From Candidatus Omnitrophota bacterium (lineage in GTDB: Bacteria; Omnitrophota; Gorgyraeia; JAHJTE01): a DNA stretch of 64,000 nucleotides. Each line of letters begins with the position of its first letter. Position 1 is the stretch's first letter. The notes beneath the pieces are model-generated. The model saw nothing but the letters and a program-made list of their open reading frames with translations. It had not been told where the DNA came from and did no database searches. Positions 49,255 through 57,751 of this stretch are shown piece by piece. A program made the position numbers and the translations under genes. The stretch covers positions 7,053 to 71,052 of the forward strand of contig JAHJTE010000002.1 in assembly GCA_018830005.1 (NCBI GenBank), given 5' to 3'.

Positions 49255-49731
49255 ATGGATAACGGAGAAACTTATTTAACGCGGGACGGTTACGAGAAAC
49301 TAAAGAAAAAACTCGACCATTTAAAGAATAAACGCAGAAGAGAGCTTTCTAAGGCAATAGCCGAAGCCAGGGCGCATGGGGACATAAGCGAAAATGCTGA
49401 ATATGACGCTGCTAAAGATGCGCAGGCCTTAAACGAGGGAAGGATCGCAACTTTAGAAAGTAAATTGGCTCGCACTAGAATAATCGATGATGAGGACATA
49501 CCTAAAGACCAGATATTTATCGGGGCAAAAGTAGACCTCCTAGACCTAGAAACAGAAGAAGAAATTCACTATATACTAGTATCAGAATTAGAGGCAGATT
49601 ATGAGCAGAACAAGATCTCCATTACCTCTCCTGTAGGCAAGGCACTTTTGGGCCACAAACAAGGCGAAACAGTAGAAATCCAAGCTCCCGCAGGCCTCTT
49701 ACAATACAAAATATTGAAGATATCAAGATAA
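49255..49731 (+). CDS. greA: Transcription elongation factor GreA
   Basis: HGDISENAEYDAAK and SPVGKALLG motifs. Confidence 0.95.
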   Translation: MDNGETYLTRDGYEKLKKKLDHLKNKRRRELSKAIAEARAHGDISENAEYDAAKDAQALNEGRIATLESKLARTRIIDDEDIPKDQIFIGAKVDLLDLETEEEIHYILVSELEADYEQNKISITSPVGKALLGHKQGETVEIQAPAGLLQYKILKISR

Positions 49732-50086
49732 GGTATTCTTGGGGTTTATTTTTTTTGCGGCGGGTCGATTTTTTATTCTTAAGCCTTACCTTGGAAGAAG
49801 CTCTAAATTCTATTGCCTTTCGTGTTTCAAAATAAAGTCTAGAAATCAGATTATGTAGCTCTGCTTCCCCTGATTCATCATTAATTATTTTTTTTGCTGC
49901 CTTCATGATTCCCTTTGAAGTAAAAGGGGACTTGTATCCTGGAAACAATGCGGAAATCGTATATACAATACCCAGGCACATAAAGCCTCTAACTGCCTCA
50001 GAAAAACTAACATCATCCTCTTTAGCAATAAATTTAAGATATTCCAGCTACCAATCAGTAAGCAATACTTGACATCTCTTAAGCAT
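49622..50086 (-). pseudogene. Ribbon-helix-helix-like hypothetical gene interrupted by TAG at codon 13
   Basis: SD AGGAGG then MLKRCQVLLTDW*LEYLKFIAKEDDVSFSEAVRGFMCLG..., in frame with track ORF 49622-49981; TAG at 50050-50048. Confidence 0.65.
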
Positions 50087-50220
50087 ATTCTCGCCTCCTG
50101 TATTTCTGTAATAATATCGTAGCTTCTAAATTTGAGCAACCCTTTATCTGAAAAACTTGACAATCTCCTGAGCCGGAGTATAATTACCTACAAAAGGTGT
50201 GTAACCTAATTACATAAGCC

Positions 50221-50412
50221 ATGGATAGGGAAGAACACCATAATTGCTGGGAATATTGGGACTGCCCAGATAAAGAAAGAAAGCAATGCCGCGCACATAC
50301 AGCAGGGGCTGGCAAGAAATGTTTCTATTATTCACATAATTTCAAACCAGTGGTCAAGCGCAGCTTCAAATCCTGCGCTGAGTGCCCCTGGTTATATAAA
50401 ACGTTGGGATAA
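50221..50412 (+). CDS. Small Cys-rich 'two-CW'-like domain protein
   Basis: NCWEYWDC...C.AH...GKKCF...CAECPW; promoter TTGACA(50157)-16-TATAAT. Confidence 0.7.
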   Translation: MDREEHHNCWEYWDCPDKERKQCRAHTAGAGKKCFYYSHNFKPVVKRSFKSCAECPWLYKTLG

Positions 50413-50413
50413 A

Positions 50414-50665
50414 ATGGTTGAATTATTCAAAAATGGCCAAGTAGAACTCAGCAAGGATATCGATGAATCCGGAAATGTAAATATAAGCGTCAGATTCAAT
50501 GCAGGTATAGATAAGGCTGAAATAGATGTGTTTTATGAGGTTATAAGCTGTGCCTTGCATCGAAGATATGGAGAGTGGCTAGATCTATATAATATCGAAA
50601 ACTACCAAAATAACTATCGCAACAACTCCCGTCTAGAAAATCTTATTGACAACGAAAAGTATTAA
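50414..50665 (+). CDS. Hypothetical protein
   Basis: ORF starts 1 nt after the previous stop; no motif recognised. Confidence 0.45.
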   Translation: MVELFKNGQVELSKDIDESGNVNISVRFNAGIDKAEIDVFYEVISCALHRRYGEWLDLYNIENYQNNYRNNSRLENLIDNEKY

Positions 50666-50778
50666 TATATAATTAAATTCAGTAGTAAATAAGGAGGTAG
50701 AATTCTGCTGCTGTAAGGCGAGAAGAGCCTTAGGTGTTGCGGTTGATTTCTTTCCGCAAAAAGGAGGTGTAGTAAGTA
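50646..50778 (+). promoter_or_regulatory. csp promoter and structured 5' UTR (copy 1)
   Basis: TTGACA(50646)-16-TATAAT(50668); UTR motifs shared with copy 2. Confidence 0.7.
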
Positions 50779-50979
50779 ATGGCGAAGGGTAAAGTAAAAT
50801 GGTTTAGCAATCAAAAAGGTTACGGTTTTATTACTCCTGAGAATGGCAATGACGTATTTGTACATCATGCAGCAATTCAAGGCGAAGGCTACAAGACTTT
50901 AGAAGAAGGCCAGGAAGTTGAATTCGAGATCGAGCAGGGTCCTAAGGGCGAACAGGCTAAAAACGTAACGAAGATATAA
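50779..50979 (+). CDS. cspA: Cold-shock protein
   Basis: RNP1 KGYGFI, RNP2 VFVHH. Confidence 0.95.
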   Translation: MAKGKVKWFSNQKGYGFITPENGNDVFVHHAAIQGEGYKTLEEGQEVEFEIEQGPKGEQAKNVTKI

Positions 50980-50989
50980 GCTGAAAAGC

Positions 50990-51023
50990 AAAAAAGCCCG
51001 ACATTAAAAGTCGGGCTTTTTTT
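50990..51023 (+). terminator. Intrinsic terminator
   Basis: AGCCCGAC-ATTAAAA-GTCGGGCT followed by a T-run. Confidence 0.9.
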
Positions 51024-51044
51024 ATGCATGATTAGGATATTTAA

Positions 51045-51317
51045 TTGAAAAATAAATTAGTCAAAAACTATGATAGCGGTTTTGCTTCTCTAATAGGGCT
51101 TCTCATTACTCTTGCCTTAATGTGTCTGCTCGTATACATTGCCTTCAATACCTATTTTAAAACTCCGGTTACTGATAAAGAAACTAAAAAATCTCTTTCG
51201 CAACAGGGCATAGATAGCTCTAGCTATAAAACAATTTTGGATTCTAGCCGAAACAAAGTCAAGGATATACAAAAGCAGCTCAAAGAACAAACAGAAGAGC
51301 TCGAAGGCCTTAGATAA
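51045..51317 (+). CDS. Small prepilin-like membrane protein
   Basis: Basic leader, G|F site, hydrophobic helix (SG-FASLIGLLITLALMCLLVY), coiled-coil tail. Confidence 0.55.
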   Translation: MKNKLVKNYDSGFASLIGLLITLALMCLLVYIAFNTYFKTPVTDKETKKSLSQQGIDSSSYKTILDSSRNKVKDIQKQLKEQTEELEGLR

Positions 51318-51340
51318 ACCAAACTCAATAAAACTTAAGG

Positions 51341-51880
51341 ATGAAAATCTTAACTGAAAAAGAGGCCATTACCTTAACCAGGCCACTTATTTACACGTTG
51401 GTCACTTCTTTAAATAAGAAGGGGCGGCCGAATGCACTTGGAGTATCCTGGGTTATGCGAACATCTATCAAGCCTCTATTGATGGCCATTTCAATTGATC
51501 GGCGTCGTTACTCCCACAGAAACATTCAATTACATAAAGAATTTGTTATCAATTATCCTAATAAGGATCAGGCAAGGTCTGCCTGGATTTGTGGCGTGAA
51601 ATCCGGCCGTAGTATTGACAAAATAAAATTAGCTAAAATTACCTTAGTAAAATCTAAAAAAGTTAAAGTGCCTACAATTCATGATGCAACGGTTGCATTT
51701 GAATGCAAATTAATAGATAAATTCAAGACAGGAGATCATACAATATTTGTAGGAAAGGTCTTGGCAATGACAGGTAATCCGAAAAAGAGCAAACATCTAT
51801 TCGTTGCTTGTGACTGGAGACTTATTGGGTTAGATAAAAAAGGCAAGAGTAAGCTTAATTTAACCAAAGGAACAATATAA
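51341..51880 (+). CDS. Flavin reductase family protein
   Basis: LVTS....PN, EFVIN, ECKL and GDHTIFVG motifs. Confidence 0.9.
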   Translation: MKILTEKEAITLTRPLIYTLVTSLNKKGRPNALGVSWVMRTSIKPLLMAISIDRRRYSHRNIQLHKEFVINYPNKDQARSAWICGVKSGRSIDKIKLAKITLVKSKKVKVPTIHDATVAFECKLIDKFKTGDHTIFVGKVLAMTGNPKKSKHLFVACDWRLIGLDKKGKSKLNLTKGTI

Positions 51881-51882
51881 TT

Positions 51883-52251
51883 ATGCCTAAGAAATATCAA
51901 GGCATTGAAGCCAGGCGCTATCCTAGAATATCCTGGAATTTCATAGTAAAATTCAGGCTCAAAACTTCACAAGACTCCAAGTGGTTTATTTCCAATATCA
52001 CAAATATAAGCCAAGGCGGCTGCTTTTTTTATAGTCCTGTCCCTTATGAAATAGGCCAAACCTTGGAGGTTGAAATACAGTTTCCCAGGCTAACGCAACC
52101 CATGCACTTTCTAGGAGAAGTAAGGCGAAAGGTAGATGAGGAAAACGCACTAAATTCAAGATACGGTATAGCGGTTATGTTTTTAGAGATGGAGGAAGAA
52201 AAGAGGAAGGAATTTCTCGAATCGATAGACTTTTTTCTGAAGAAACGCTAG
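51883..52251 (+). CDS. PilZ domain protein
   Basis: ARRYPR and NISQGG motifs. Confidence 0.85.
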   Translation: MPKKYQGIEARRYPRISWNFIVKFRLKTSQDSKWFISNITNISQGGCFFYSPVPYEIGQTLEVEIQFPRLTQPMHFLGEVRRKVDEENALNSRYGIAVMFLEMEEEKRKEFLESIDFFLKKR

Positions 52252-52257
52252 AGAATT

Positions 52258-53382
52258 ATGGAAAAAATAGATATTACTATTGTAGGCGCTGGAGTCATTG
52301 GTTTGGCTATAGCATCTGAGCTGTCAAAAACGCATAAAGACATCATTGTCATTGAAAGGAATTATGCCTTTGGACAGGAAACAAGTTCAAGAAATAGCGA
52401 GGTTATCCATGCCGGAATCTATTACCCTAAAGATTCTCTGAAGGCCAAAACCTGTATTGAAGGAAAAAATCTACTTTATGAATACTGCGTTAAGAATAAT
52501 ATCAACCATAGAATGCTGGGTAAACTTATCGTTGCTGCTAACGTCTCTGAAATCCTGGATTTAGAAGTCCTTTATAAAAATGCCTTAAATAATGGCCTGA
52601 ATGATTTAAGGCTTATTTCCAAAAGCGAAATAGAAAAAATTGAACCGAATATAAAGGCAGAGGCAGCAATCCATTCGCCCTCTACAGGCATAATAGATTC
52701 GCATGGACTAATGAAAAGTCTTGTTGATGAATTTGCAAGCCGTAAAGGACAAATAGCTTATAATACAGAACTCACCGCTATAGAAAAATCAAATTCAGGC
52801 TATAAAGTTACTGTTGAAGATAAAAGCGAAGGTGCATTTAGTTTTTCCACAAAGGTTTTTATTAATTCCGCGGGCCTTAATTCAGATAAAATAGCCAAAA
52901 TGGTTGGCATTGAAGAAGATGAATACAGACTAAAGTACTGTAAAGGAGACTATTTCAGGACTAGTAACAAAAAGGGAAAATTAGTTAACAGATTAGTCTA
53001 CCCTGTTCCTAAGAATAAAGGGGCAGGACTAGGCATACATGCAACTCTAGATTTAGGCGGAAGTCTGCGATTAGGCCCTGATGATGAATATGTGCAGGAT
53101 TTAGATTATAATATTGATGGGACTAAGCAGAGACTTTTTTATGATAGCGTTAAACACTTCTTGCCGTTTATTGAATACGATGACTTGGCTAAAGACATGG
53201 CAGGAATTAGGCCAAAACTACAGGGACAGGATGAGGATTTTAGGGATTTTCTCATAAAAGAAGAGAGTGATAAGGGACTCCCTGGCTTTGTGAACCTTAT
53301 TGGCATTGAATCTCCTGGGCTTACCTCAGCGCTCTCTATTGCCAAGTTAGTTAAAAAAATAGTTAAGGGAGGCGATAAATGA
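52258..53382 (+). CDS. L-2-hydroxyglutarate oxidase-like FAD oxidoreductase
   Basis: GAGVIG, TSSRNSEVIHAGIYY, AGIRPKL and GIESPGLT motifs. Confidence 0.88.
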   Translation: MEKIDITIVGAGVIGLAIASELSKTHKDIIVIERNYAFGQETSSRNSEVIHAGIYYPKDSLKAKTCIEGKNLLYEYCVKNNINHRMLGKLIVAANVSEILDLEVLYKNALNNGLNDLRLISKSEIEKIEPNIKAEAAIHSPSTGIIDSHGLMKSLVDEFASRKGQIAYNTELTAIEKSNSGYKVTVEDKSEGAFSFSTKVFINSAGLNSDKIAKMVGIEEDEYRLKYCKGDYFRTSNKKGKLVNRLVYPVPKNKGAGLGIHATLDLGGSLRLGPDDEYVQDLDYNIDGTKQRLFYDSVKHFLPFIEYDDLAKDMAGIRPKLQGQDEDFRDFLIKEESDKGLPGFVNLIGIESPGLTSALSIAKLVKKIVKGGDK

Positions 53383-53645
53383 GACAAATTAAATTAGAAG
53401 AAATCTTTCACCCCATTTTCAATAAAATAAGCAATATTGGGATTGCTGCGGCCTTAAACAAGAAAATATTGGAAGAAGATACAACTAAACTCTCCAGCAA
53501 AGAATTAGAAGCTAAATTTTCCCATATTATTGATGTTCTAGGCAGTATTGAAGAGAATTGTAACGCGTTACATGATTATATGAAGGCAATTTATGAACGC
53601 TTAGACAAAGAAACGAATTTCCAGACACCAAAATCACCAAAATAA
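53379..53645 (+). CDS. Hypothetical two-helix protein (HisKA/DHp-like)
   Basis: EIFHPIFNKISNI resembles an H-box; ATGA overlap with upstream gene; SD GGAGG. Confidence 0.5.
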   Translation: MRQIKLEEIFHPIFNKISNIGIAAALNKKILEEDTTKLSSKELEAKFSHIIDVLGSIEENCNALHDYMKAIYERLDKETNFQTPKSPK

Positions 53646-53737
53646 AACCCCCATTAACATAACCTCTTATTTTACAGTCAATTACGTCGAATAATAGAAA
53701 AAAACTAATTTTTGTGGTATACTTATAGTGTTATATT

Positions 53738-53865
53738 GTAGCTAATACGATAAAGGCAAACCATTTGAAAGAGTGGGGCGGGCCGAAAGCCCGGTCCTGA
53801 AAAGGACCGCAAAACTTATAGAGCCTAAATCCTAAAAACTTAGGATATGGCAGTCAGTTGCCGAA
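53738..53865 (+). ncRNA. c-di-GMP-I (GEMM-I) riboswitch with a 29-nt insertion
   Basis: AAAGGCAAACCATTTGAAAGAGTGGGGCG...CAAAAC...GCCTAA...ATGGCAGTCAGTTGCCGAA; P1 GTAGCT/AGTTGC. Confidence 0.85.
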
Positions 53866-53875
53866 CATAGTGGAT

Positions 53876-53915
53876 AAAAAATGCCTATTCTTTCAAAGGA
53901 ATAGGCATTTTTTTT
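53876..53915 (+). terminator. Riboswitch-associated terminator
   Basis: ATGCCTATTC...GAATAGGCAT stem followed by a long T-run. Confidence 0.85.
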
Positions 53916-53929
53916 GGGGGGTGGCAAAG

Positions 53930-54304
53930 ATGAACGAGAAGATTCTGATAGTAGACGATGAGCCTGACGTATGCGAAGCAATCGGTCTATATTTTAGCAA
54001 AAGAAACTATAAAATTATTACTGCCAATAACGGTCAAGAGGCACTCTCTAAAGCCAAGAATGAGAAGCCGGCATTAATATTGCTAGATATAGTTATGCCT
54101 AAAATGGGTGGAATCGAGTGTCTGCGCAAAATAAGAAGGTTTAATAAGAGGGTACCTATCATTATAGTTACTTGCGTAGATAAATTAAAAACAGCCTTGA
54201 AGGCCATGAAATTAGGCGCTACTGATTATATAACAAAACCTCTTGGTTTTGATGCCTTAGAGACAACTATTTCTACATATCTCTTTTTGAAGAGCGTTAA
54301 TTGA
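53930..54304 (+). CDS. Single-domain response regulator under riboswitch control
   Basis: LIVDDE, LLDIVMP and GATDYITKP motifs; start moved to 53930. Confidence 0.9.
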   Translation: MNEKILIVDDEPDVCEAIGLYFSKRNYKIITANNGQEALSKAKNEKPALILLDIVMPKMGGIECLRKIRRFNKRVPIIIVTCVDKLKTALKAMKLGATDYITKPLGFDALETTISTYLFLKSVN

Positions 54305-54419
54305 AATAAAAAAACCCACCAGCCACGTAAGAAGCAAACAGCAACTTTACAATTGACCATTCCTTAAATCATGTATATAATAACATATTAAGTAATAATC
54401 CCTTCATAAATAGGATCAA

Positions 54420-55007
54420 ATGAAATCCCTATATTCCCTTCTAATATTTCTACTTGCTGTTGTAGTCAGCGTTGCATTTTTTCTACCCTGGTTAAATGTT
54501 GAATCAAAGCCGCTAGGTTCAGTTTCAAAGATACTTACCGGAAAATCCCAAGGAACGCTCGATAATATAAATGCATTCAGAATACCCATTCTGGCAAATG
54601 GTGCTGAAGCCCGCTTTATGATTAGCGTGATAAAAATATTTAGCCCTGAGATGAGAAATGCACCGACAAAAAGCTTTTTCGTATGGATTTTGCCGCTTCT
54701 TGCAGTGCTTATCTTTGGTGCAAGTTACTTCTTTCCCAGAAGCAGGCTAATCAGCCTTACAATTGGAATTGCAGGAATTACAGTATTTACTACTGGACTA
54801 TACAAAATAAGTATAACTGATTTAGATAGATTAATGCTAACAGTATATATTGGCCATGGTCTCTGGCTAACGCTCTATGCATATTTAACCATGGGCTTAA
54901 TTGGCTGGGTGCGTTTTACTCAGCTCTCAATCAGAGCAAAAAGACGAAAGATAGAAGAACTTAGAAGCAAAAAATGGCCTTGGAAAATAAAGACTGTAAG
55001 CCCTTGA
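54420..55007 (+). CDS. Hypothetical multi-pass membrane protein
   Basis: FFLPW after TM1; about 4 hydrophobic segments. Confidence 0.65.
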   Translation: MKSLYSLLIFLLAVVVSVAFFLPWLNVESKPLGSVSKILTGKSQGTLDNINAFRIPILANGAEARFMISVIKIFSPEMRNAPTKSFFVWILPLLAVLIFGASYFFPRSRLISLTIGIAGITVFTTGLYKISITDLDRLMLTVYIGHGLWLTLYAYLTMGLIGWVRFTQLSIRAKRRKIEELRSKKWPWKIKTVSP

Positions 55008-55036
55008 ATAAACTCTAAAGACAGAAGAGGTGGATA

Positions 55037-55402
55037 ATGTTAAAAAGGTTTTTAATTATTTTATTATCTCTTGCCTTAGCCGGATGCGCAACCACTTATG
55101 GAAAACCAATTACCCTGCAAGACATATCCCAACTGAAAAAAGACATTACACAGGAGGAAATCATAGAACTTTTAGGTGAACCGCAGGCAATAAATTTAAC
55201 AGCAAATGGTAAAACTATCTGGGTCTATGTGTATACAAGGTCTAAGACAAGTACCTCAACATATATCCCGGTTGTAAATGTATTAAAAAGCGGGGCAAAA
55301 GTTAAAACTCAGATGTTGCAAATACTCTTTGATGAAAACAATATCTACCAAAAACATTCTTTTTCAGATAGCGAAAAGCGACTAAAAACAGGAATGTTTT
55401 AA
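55037..55402 (+). CDS. BamE/SmpA-like lipoprotein
   Basis: Lipobox LAGC; ITQEEIIELLGEP...WVYVY...ILFD. Confidence 0.75.
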   Translation: MLKRFLIILLSLALAGCATTYGKPITLQDISQLKKDITQEEIIELLGEPQAINLTANGKTIWVYVYTRSKTSTSTYIPVVNVLKSGAKVKTQMLQILFDENNIYQKHSFSDSEKRLKTGMF

Positions 55403-55414
55403 AAGGAGGTACGT

Positions 55415-55705
55415 ATGTTAAGATTTATGGGATTGTTCTGCACTATTCCTTTGGCACTATTACTTACAGTGAGCTTTTTTGTGCTTCTTGCCTTAAGTAA
55501 GGTCGGTTCTAAGTCGCTGCGTGGTTTTGCTATTGCTATTGTAATCCTTTTATGGATTTCTGCTTTGTTAGTGGCCTCTTGCGGTATCTACACGCTGACT
55601 ACAGGTACCTGTCCAATGATGAAATGCATGAAAGAGATGAAAATGATGCAACGTCCAATGATGCATGAGAAAATGATGATGCAGCATAAGTCTATGAAAG
55701 AATGA
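55415..55705 (+). CDS. Small 2-TM protein with Met-rich tail
   Basis: SD AAGGAGG; tail CPMMKCMKEMKMMQRPMMHEKMMMQHKSMKE. Confidence 0.7.
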   Translation: MLRFMGLFCTIPLALLLTVSFFVLLALSKVGSKSLRGFAIAIVILLWISALLVASCGIYTLTTGTCPMMKCMKEMKMMQRPMMHEKMMMQHKSMKE

Positions 55706-55898
55706 TCAGGTTCCTTCAACTGATTGCGTCAATCTTTGAGGAAATCAGCAAGCTCTTATGTCTCTAAAATCGAATTCGTGCCGCAGGTAGCCAATTAAGC
55801 ACAAAATACAATTTTCATAACTATAATAATAGCAACAAGATATAGAAGGTAGTCAAAAACTTACAAATTAAGGGGCATTTTAAAATGGAGGGAGCAAA

Positions 55899-57359
55899 AT
55901 GAGTGGAATTTTTGGCGTTACTTCTAAAAATGATTGTACAGAATCTTTATTTTACGGAACAGACTATCACTCACATTTAGGCACGGAATATGGAGGCATG
56001 GCCGTGTTAGGTGAAGATTTCCAACGCCAAATACATAATATAGCGCAGACTCAATTCAAATCAAAATTCTATGAAGACTACAGACGCATGAAAGGAAATA
56101 AAGGCATAGGTGTTATCAGTGATTCTGATGAACAGCCCATATATCTAAACTCTAAATTCGGACCTTTTTGCATAGTTACCGCAGGATTAATAGAAAACAA
56201 AGAACAATTAGCAGAAGACTTATTGAAAAAAGGCATATCATTCAGCGAAGTAGGCAAGGGTTTAGTTAATTCCACAGAACTTGTGGCAAAATTAATAAAC
56301 CAGGGCGATAGTATTATAGATGGCATAGATAAGATGTTTGATTCAATAGAAGGTTCTTGCACGCTTCTTTTGCTAAACAAAGATGGGCTTTATGCAGCTA
56401 GGGACAGACTCGGCTATACTCCAATAATCCTTGGCAAGGGCGATGAGGCCTGGGCTGTAACCTCAGAAACTAGCGCATTCGCTAATACAGGATTCACAAT
56501 TGAAAAATACCTCTTGCCAGGAGAAATCATATTACTTACTGAAAATGGCCTAACTCAACGAAAGCCCGGTAAAACTGAGTGTCAAATCTGCACATTCTTG
56601 TGGATATATACGGGTTTTCCAGCATCAACTTATGAAGGCATAAATGTTGAAACTGTGCGTGAAAGATGCGGCAGATTCTTAGCAAAACGAGATAAGGATA
56701 TAAAGGTCGATGTTGTTTCAGGCGTACCTGACTCTGGAGTGGCGCATGCACTTGGCTATGCAATGGAATCCGGCAAACCATTCCGCCGCCCACTTGTAAA
56801 ATATACTCCTGGCTATGGCAGAAGTTATACCCCGTCTTCACAAGAAACACGCGATTTGGTTGCTAAAATGAAGCTTCTACCGATTAGGGAGATCATAGAG
56901 GGTAATAAAATAGTAGTGTGCGAAGACTCAATAGTAAGAGGGACTCAATTGAAGAATTTTACCGTAAAAAAACTCTGGGATTGTTGCGCAAAAGAGGTTC
57001 ACGTACGGCCAGCTTGTCCGCCTCTTATGTTCCCGTGTAAATTTTGTCTTTCTACGCGAAGCATTCATGAGCTTGCTGCGCGTCGTGCAATTAAGGCGCT
57101 TGAAGGCCATGACCTTGAAGACGTATCTGAATACATAGATCATAACACGGATAAATATAAGAAGATGATAGACTGGATAACCAGAGACTTAACATTAACC
57201 ACGCTAAGATACCAAACAATAGACGATATGATAAAGGCAGTGGGTCTACCCAAGGAAAAACTCTGTCTTTATTGCTGGACAGGTGAATCACCTAAGCAGA
57301 ACGCAAAATCTGATATAGAAAACAAGAGCAAAAAGACCACATCTTTCTCTGATATTTAA
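55899..57359 (+). CDS. purF: Amidophosphoribosyltransferase-like protein with Ser in place of catalytic Cys1
   Basis: VPDSG, YGRSY, EDSIVRGT PRPP loop, Fe-S cysteines (CTF, PCKF, CLYCW); N-terminus MSGIFG. Confidence 0.85.
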   Translation: MSGIFGVTSKNDCTESLFYGTDYHSHLGTEYGGMAVLGEDFQRQIHNIAQTQFKSKFYEDYRRMKGNKGIGVISDSDEQPIYLNSKFGPFCIVTAGLIENKEQLAEDLLKKGISFSEVGKGLVNSTELVAKLINQGDSIIDGIDKMFDSIEGSCTLLLLNKDGLYAARDRLGYTPIILGKGDEAWAVTSETSAFANTGFTIEKYLLPGEIILLTENGLTQRKPGKTECQICTFLWIYTGFPASTYEGINVETVRERCGRFLAKRDKDIKVDVVSGVPDSGVAHALGYAMESGKPFRRPLVKYTPGYGRSYTPSSQETRDLVAKMKLLPIREIIEGNKIVVCEDSIVRGTQLKNFTVKKLWDCCAKEVHVRPACPPLMFPCKFCLSTRSIHELAARRAIKALEGHDLEDVSEYIDHNTDKYKKMIDWITRDLTLTTLRYQTIDDMIKAVGLPKEKLCLYCWTGESPKQNAKSDIENKSKKTTSFSDI

Positions 57360-57405
57360 GGATTAATCGTAAGTTTTACCTCATTTCCATTATTCTTTTA
57401 ATTAC

Positions 57406-57550
57406 TTGACAAACTAAAGATTTTGTGTATAATGATACCCGTAGTAAATAAGGGAAGGGAAGTTGAATGCCGTAAGGCAAAACACTCGCCTTGCGGTTTT
57501 TTTCTGCCATTATTTACTAAAAATTCATGAAAAAGGAGGTGTAGTAAGTA
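57406..57550 (+). promoter_or_regulatory. csp promoter and structured 5' UTR (copy 2)
   Basis: TTGACA(57406)-16-TATAAT(57428); TAGTAAATAA/TTATTTACTA closing stem; TGCC-GTAA-GGCA hairpin. Confidence 0.7.
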
Positions 57551-57751
57551 ATGGCAAAAGGCAAAGTAAAATGGTTCAGTAATCAAAAAGGTTATGGTTT
57601 TATTACTCCTGAAAACGGCAATGACGTATTTGTGCATCACTCAGCAATTCAAGGTGATGGCTATAAGTCTTTAGAGGAAAATCAAGAAGTTGAATTCGAG
57701 ATTGAACAAGGTCCTAAGGGCGAACAGGCTAAAAACGTAACAAAAGTATAA
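57551..57751 (+). CDS. cspA: Cold-shock protein (61/66 aa identical to 50779-50979)
   Basis: RNP1 and RNP2 motifs. Confidence 0.95.
   Translation: MAKGKVKWFSNQKGYGFITPENGNDVFVHHSAIQGDGYKSLEENQEVEFEIEQGPKGEQAKNVTKV

Noticed and set aside
123-50050. Genome-wide TAG recoding suggested by two in-frame ambers
   Set aside because: Conserved genes (efp, accB, btuD, acyltransferase) end at TAG at their expected lengths, and no pyl genes are visible.
55706-55898. Purine/PRPP/ZTP riboswitch before the purF-like gene
   Set aside because: No recognisable consensus or terminator.
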